This document shows positions 59,608 through 64,000 of a stretch of 64,000 nt of DNA, one piece after another. Within the stretch, counting starts at the first letter, position 1, and every line of letters begins with the position of its first letter. The notes beneath the pieces were generated by a model. It searched no databases, was not told where the DNA came from, and saw only the letters and a program-made list of their open reading frames with translations. Position numbers and translations under genes: made by a program. Source of the DNA: Salinivirgaceae bacterium (GTDB taxonomy: Bacteria > Bacteroidota > Bacteroidia > Bacteroidales > SZUA-534); the NCBI GenBank assembly GCA_024405635.1, contig JAKSOL010000001.1, positions 32,001 to 96,000 on the forward strand, in the 5' to 3' direction.

Positions 59608-61713
59608 TTACTTGCCTTTGGTTGCACCAATTTCACTCATAAGTATTTCTGTAATAGACTTGTCGCTCGTGCGGAATTTTTGGAATGTTTTGTATTGACG
59701 TTCCTCGTCGGCAAGCCATTGTTCAAGTCTTTTGGCGTCAAATTGTTCAAGATTTTGTTTTGCTACAAGTCGGCATATCACAGCGCACAACTTTTTGTAG
59801 CTCGATGGCAGAGCCTCGTCTGGTGTGATATTTTTCAGGTAATCAGTAGCTTCAGCGTATTTGTTTTGGTTGTAGCGCATTACACTCATTCCAAGTAGCG
59901 CCATGTTGTTACGGGGCGAAATGTCTAGTGCTTTTAGGTAGTATTTTTCAGCCTCTTCGTTTTGGTTTAGCAACACTAGCGACGATGCGTATTCGGTTAG
60001 CGATATAATGTGGTAAGGCGCATATTCAAGTCCTTTTTTGTAGGCTTCGGCAGCTTCTTTGCTTTTTTTCTGCAGAATGTATGCATGACCGCGATAATGT
60101 TGTATTGGCGCGCTATAGTTGTTAATGGTGTATATCGAATTGTCAATTTTATTTGTCAGTTTTATCACTCGATCCCAATTAGCTTGATAGTAAGCCGAAA
60201 GAATTTTGCGAGCTCGAACTTCGCCGTTGTAGTATTTATAGGTAACAAATGAGGCTATTGATAATAGAACAAGAGCAGTGATACCAATTGCTATTGAAGT
60301 TTTGTGCCCCAAAGATTTAGGCTCACTTTTGCTTTGGTCTGATGAGTCGAAAAGAACAATGGCAGCAATTGTTAAATACATAAGGTTATGCTCAACTCGC
60401 TCGTGCGGAAAGTCGCAGAACGATACTGCAATAAATCCAACAAAAAAGCCAATTGCAATAATGCCAAATGTGCTTGAGTTTAGCGAACCTTTGGTTGTGT
60501 TGCGCAAGCAGAGCCACATTATGCCAAATAAAAACAAAAGGTAGCCAAACAGTCCTATGATGCCGTTTTCTGATAAAATCCAAAGGATGTCGTTGTGAGG
60601 ACGTTGAAAGGTAAGCGAACCGTCGCGTAGGTTGTATTCAAATTCGTCAACGCCATATTTGGGTATAAGCAGTTGCCATTGCCCAGCTCCTGATCCAATA
60701 AAAGGATGCTCTTTAACCATTTGCATGGTTTTGTTCCAAACGGTTACGCGCATGTGTGTCGATTTGTTATAGCCGTCGGGATTGTCGTCGTTGCTTAATG
60801 CGTTTGATATTTTTTCAACCACATAGTTGCGTGCTGTTTGGTTTTTAATAATGAATCCAGTTGCTCCGCAAAGCAGTATTAAAGGAATAGCAATTGCTAA
60901 TATGTTTACTATTAAACTGCGTTTTTTTCCAGCACGACGTTGAACTACAAATATGTAGTAGTAAACTGCCGAAAACGAAACTCCAAAAAACAATATAACA
61001 CCCATCCATGTAGCTCGACTGCTTAATAGTGCTATAAATACAATAGAAAGAACCAATTCAATGGATGCAATTATGCGCCATATAATATTACCTCGCAACA
61101 TTTCGTATAAGCACAATGGAGTTAGGCAAAGCAACATTGACGAGAAAAGGTTTTTGTTTGAGCAATGCGAAATAATCTTGTTCATCGCAAGATTAAAATA
61201 GTATGAGTAGTCAGATGTTGCGGTTTTGAATGGTGTAAAATCAGCTTGCAATAATTGTTGGCAACCAAATGCTATAAAAAAGCCGCCCATTACCATAAGC
61301 GATTTTATTAAAATGTCACGGCTTTTGGGCTGATTTTTCATTGTTACGTAAACAATAAAAAACCAAATGCCAAAGGTGAACTCTTTAAAAATGTGGAATA
61401 AAGCCTCGTAAATGTTTATGGCATTAACCGATGAAATAATTTGCATCAGTAGGTAAACCCCTAAACCACTGAATATAATGCACTCGGTTCGGCTGACCGA
61501 TAATTTGAATGCGCCACGAATAAATTTTATTAAGAGTAGTGCTGAAGTAATAGTAATGCCAATGGTTGCAACCAATAGTCGAGGCAAAAGTGAAGCGTCG
61601 AGCATTCCTTTATTATCCCAAGCAAAAGGCAAGTATATAATCAAAACCGAAATGACGGTTAAAAGCCCATATTCTGCCAAAAAATTCTTGGCTATTTGTG
61701 TGTTGAATTTCAT
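59608..61713 (-). CDS. O-antigen ligase-family membrane protein with C-terminal TPR repeats
   Basis: Many TM helices, SSRA, R..VW....M..HPFIGSGAG and PHND motifs, then TPR-like helices. Confidence 0.85.
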   Translation of the reverse strand: MKFNTQIAKNFLAEYGLLTVISVLIIYLPFAWDNKGMLDASLLPRLLVATIGITITSALLLIKFIRGAFKLSVSRTECIIFSGLGVYLLMQIISSVNAINIYEALFHIFKEFTFGIWFFIVYVTMKNQPKSRDILIKSLMVMGGFFIAFGCQQLLQADFTPFKTATSDYSYYFNLAMNKIISHCSNKNLFSSMLLCLTPLCLYEMLRGNIIWRIIASIELVLSIVFIALLSSRATWMGVILFFGVSFSAVYYYIFVVQRRAGKKRSLIVNILAIAIPLILLCGATGFIIKNQTARNYVVEKISNALSNDDNPDGYNKSTHMRVTVWNKTMQMVKEHPFIGSGAGQWQLLIPKYGVDEFEYNLRDGSLTFQRPHNDILWILSENGIIGLFGYLLFLFGIMWLCLRNTTKGSLNSSTFGIIAIGFFVGFIAVSFCDFPHERVEHNLMYLTIAAIVLFDSSDQSKSEPKSLGHKTSIAIGITALVLLSIASFVTYKYYNGEVRARKILSAYYQANWDRVIKLTNKIDNSIYTINNYSAPIQHYRGHAYILQKKSKEAAEAYKKGLEYAPYHIISLTEYASSLVLLNQNEEAEKYYLKALDISPRNNMALLGMSVMRYNQNKYAEATDYLKNITPDEALPSSYKKLCAVICRLVAKQNLEQFDAKRLEQWLADEERQYKTFQKFRTSDKSITEILMSEIGATKGK

Positions 61714-61892
61714 GAGATTCTAAAATTATAAAACGCACAAAAATAGTTTTTTGGTTAAAAAAAAACTTAAAGACCAACAGCGCATTTGCACGCTTAACGT
61801 TTTGTGGCGAAACATAAACTAATTGACAAAAAATAAGGTATCGTTAAAAAATACACTACCTTTACGCGGTTTGAACTAAAAGAAAGAAAATA

Positions 61893-62612
61893 GTGAGTAA
61901 GAAGATTAAATTATTGATTATAAGTTCTCTAGTAGTAATTTGTGTTGTTGCTATTATTGTATGCGCAGACCAATTGAGTGGTTTGTGGGGCAAAACAGCA
62001 AACATCATTTCGGGGAATACAAATTCTGGAAGTTTTAAGTACAAAATAACCTATTTATCAAAGGAAGAAGAAAAACCAGTTGTGGGACTTCTGCCAAAAA
62101 CACTTTCTTTAAAATATAAAGATAGTTGCGTAGTGATTGATGTTGAAGGATATGGACGGATATTTAAATCAACCTTTATTAAACATTCCGACAATTCAAC
62201 CGACATGACACTGCGTATTTTGCGCGACAAACACAAATTGCATACCAACCCGGGCGAAGGCTTTTATGGTTTAACATTGCCAGCCGAAACAACACTCGAA
62301 ATTGACGAAACAACCGACAAAATACTTGGCTTTGATTGCCATCACGCTTTGTTGCACACCGCCGATTCGGTTTTCGAAATTTATTATACAAAAGAAATAT
62401 CAGTAGGTCAGATTTATGAAAACACAGTGTTTGACCAACTAGAAGGCATGCCTCTGAAATTATATATTGAAATGGCTGGCATACCAATGTATCTTGAGGC
62501 TATTGAATACAATAGAATTGCTGTTGAGGATGAAGCATTTGTCGTGCCCGACGATTATGAAGAAATATCGCGAGAGCGAATGGATAAATACTTCTCAGAT
62601 TTGAGCAAATAG
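61893..62612 (+). CDS. DUF4412/GLPGLI-like exported protein
   Basis: N-terminal TM, ILGFDCHHA, LEGMPL and FVVPDDY. Confidence 0.6.
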   Translation: MSKKIKLLIISSLVVICVVAIIVCADQLSGLWGKTANIISGNTNSGSFKYKITYLSKEEEKPVVGLLPKTLSLKYKDSCVVIDVEGYGRIFKSTFIKHSDNSTDMTLRILRDKHKLHTNPGEGFYGLTLPAETTLEIDETTDKILGFDCHHALLHTADSVFEIYYTKEISVGQIYENTVFDQLEGMPLKLYIEMAGIPMYLEAIEYNRIAVEDEAFVVPDDYEEISRERMDKYFSDLSK

Positions 62613-62632
62613 CCATCTAATCCTATTTCAAT

Positions 62633-64000
62633 ATGGCTACCAAACAAGCACCATCGGCACAAGAACAGATGAGTTTAATTCGCATTTTTTGCGGATTGTT
62701 TCTTTGTGGCTTCACCTTCTTGTTGGCCTTTGCATTTGTATCGTATCTTTTTACATGGCGAAACGACCAAAGCATGCTCGACATACCATTGTCGGCTCTG
62801 TTTTCCGATAAAGATATTTTGGTGCAAAACTGGTCAGGTAAAGTAGGAGCATTGTTAGCTCACTGCTGCATGTATAAAGGCATTGGTGTTGCAGCCTTTG
62901 GTTTGGTCATTATTCTCTTTTGCGCAGTTTTCAATATCTTTTTAAAAGAAAACCGATTGCCATTGCTCACCATTATTGAATATGTGAGCGGATATGCTAT
63001 TTGGACTTCCATTGCCATGGGATACTTTTTCCAATCGTCGCAATTTGCTCCCGGTGGAATGCAAGGTCACTTTGTTAGCGAATGGCTTAACGCAACAATT
63101 GGTAGGGCATCAACCTTTATGTTGCTGCTTATTTTTCTGTTTATATTAATGTCGCTAACCATAAAAGGTTTTGTTGATAAATGCCGAAGCTTAATTGATA
63201 GAGTCCGTAGCTTGCGAAATGTTAAAATGGTTGAAGTTGAGCCAATTGCAATAGGTCCAACCGACCAACCAGAAGTTGAAAATACAACTGACGTCGAAAC
63301 TGAAAAATCGGAGGTTGATGACGCTGAACTTGTTGACGATAACTTGGATAGCCAAAACGATGAGCAACCAAATGTAAACGAGGTTGATTTATCAATTAGC
63401 ATTAGTGAAAAAGCAGAAGAAAGTTCAACTGACAGCGATTTTGAAATAACTCACGCAGTTATTACCGATGATGGCGATTCTGACAACAACTATGAAGATA
63501 ATCTTGAGGTGGTTGAAACTTCGCCAGCTGAAGAATTACCAAAGCAAGATGAGGTTGAACCAAAGGAACAACAAACCGAGTCAACCAAAACCGACATTGA
63601 AATTGATCACGGAGTAGAGGAGGAAGAGGCCAAAACAATTAGCGATAAACCTCTTGAAGACTATGATCCTAAATTGGAATTGTCGCACTATACTTTGCCA
63701 TCAATCGATTTGCTAAAAGAGTACGAGACCAACAACGATAGCGTTTCTGAAGAGTTGGTAAAAGAAAACAAAGACAAGATTGTGCAATCGTTGGCCGATT
63801 TTAAAATTGAAATTGAAAGCATTAAAGCTACCATAGGTCCAGCAATTACGCTATATGAAATAGTGCCAAAGCGCGGAACAAAAATTGCTAAAATAAAAAG
63901 TTTAGCCGACGATTTGGCTCTTAGTTTGTCGGCTTTGCAAATTCGTATCATAGCCCCAATTCCCGGTAAAAACACAGTAGGTATTGAGGTGCCAAATGCA
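62633..64000 (+). CDS. ftsK: DNA translocase FtsK (3'-truncated by the window edge; absent from the ORF track)
   Basis: ATG at 62633. 4TM N-domain (FVSYLFTWRNDQS, NWSGKVGA), acidic linker, then alpha domain ATIGPAITLYEIVP...DDLALSLSA..IRIIAPIPGKNTVGIEVPN. Confidence 0.93.
   Translation, partial: MATKQAPSAQEQMSLIRIFCGLFLCGFTFLLAFAFVSYLFTWRNDQSMLDIPLSALFSDKDILVQNWSGKVGALLAHCCMYKGIGVAAFGLVIILFCAVFNIFLKENRLPLLTIIEYVSGYAIWTSIAMGYFFQSSQFAPGGMQGHFVSEWLNATIGRASTFMLLLIFLFILMSLTIKGFVDKCRSLIDRVRSLRNVKMVEVEPIAIGPTDQPEVENTTDVETEKSEVDDAELVDDNLDSQNDEQPNVNEVDLSISISEKAEESSTDSDFEITHAVITDDGDSDNNYEDNLEVVETSPAEELPKQDEVEPKEQQTESTKTDIEIDHGVEEEEAKTISDKPLEDYDPKLELSHYTLPSIDLLKEYETNNDSVSEELVKENKDKIVQSLADFKIEIESIKATIGPAITLYEIVPKRGTKIAKIKSLADDLALSLSALQIRIIAPIPGKNTVGIEVPNA

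Noticed and set aside
63067-63975. Minus-strand ORFs 63067-63402 and 63688-63975
   Set aside because: Antisense shadows of ftsK. The many other short overlapping ORFs in the track were rejected for the same reason.

Overview
Chromosomal segment from a Bacteroidota bacterium, probably an anaerobic Bacteroidales. The evidence is TAnnTTTG promoters, a T9SS C-terminal domain, gldB, PFOR and cysteate synthase. Most of the window is housekeeping or ordinary accessory content: smpB, miaA, prfC, tRNA-Pro, asnB, an acyl-CoA ligase, GH73-LysM, yicC-gmk-nadD-gldB, cysteate synthase, nifJ, an RND efflux operon with AraC, a 2261-aa T9SS surface protein, truA, a CCA-adding enzyme, rluB-like, an O-antigen ligase and the 5' part of ftsK. 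The stand-out is a ~9.6 kb co-directional block after the nifJ terminator (about 27720-37060). It opens with a ~330-370 nt highly base-paired RNA element. Seven tightly packed genes follow: an HPD-less J-like tail-anchored protein, a membrane-spanning GrpE-like protein, a non-canonical 833-aa Hsp70, a HEPN-like RxxxxH protein, a disrupted TM-Sel1 gene, an atypical Ser/Thr kinase-AAA+ fusion and a TerB-family protein. This looks like an uncharacterised chaperone/kinase-gated stress or anti-phage system. All calls come from reading motifs by eye; no database searches were run.
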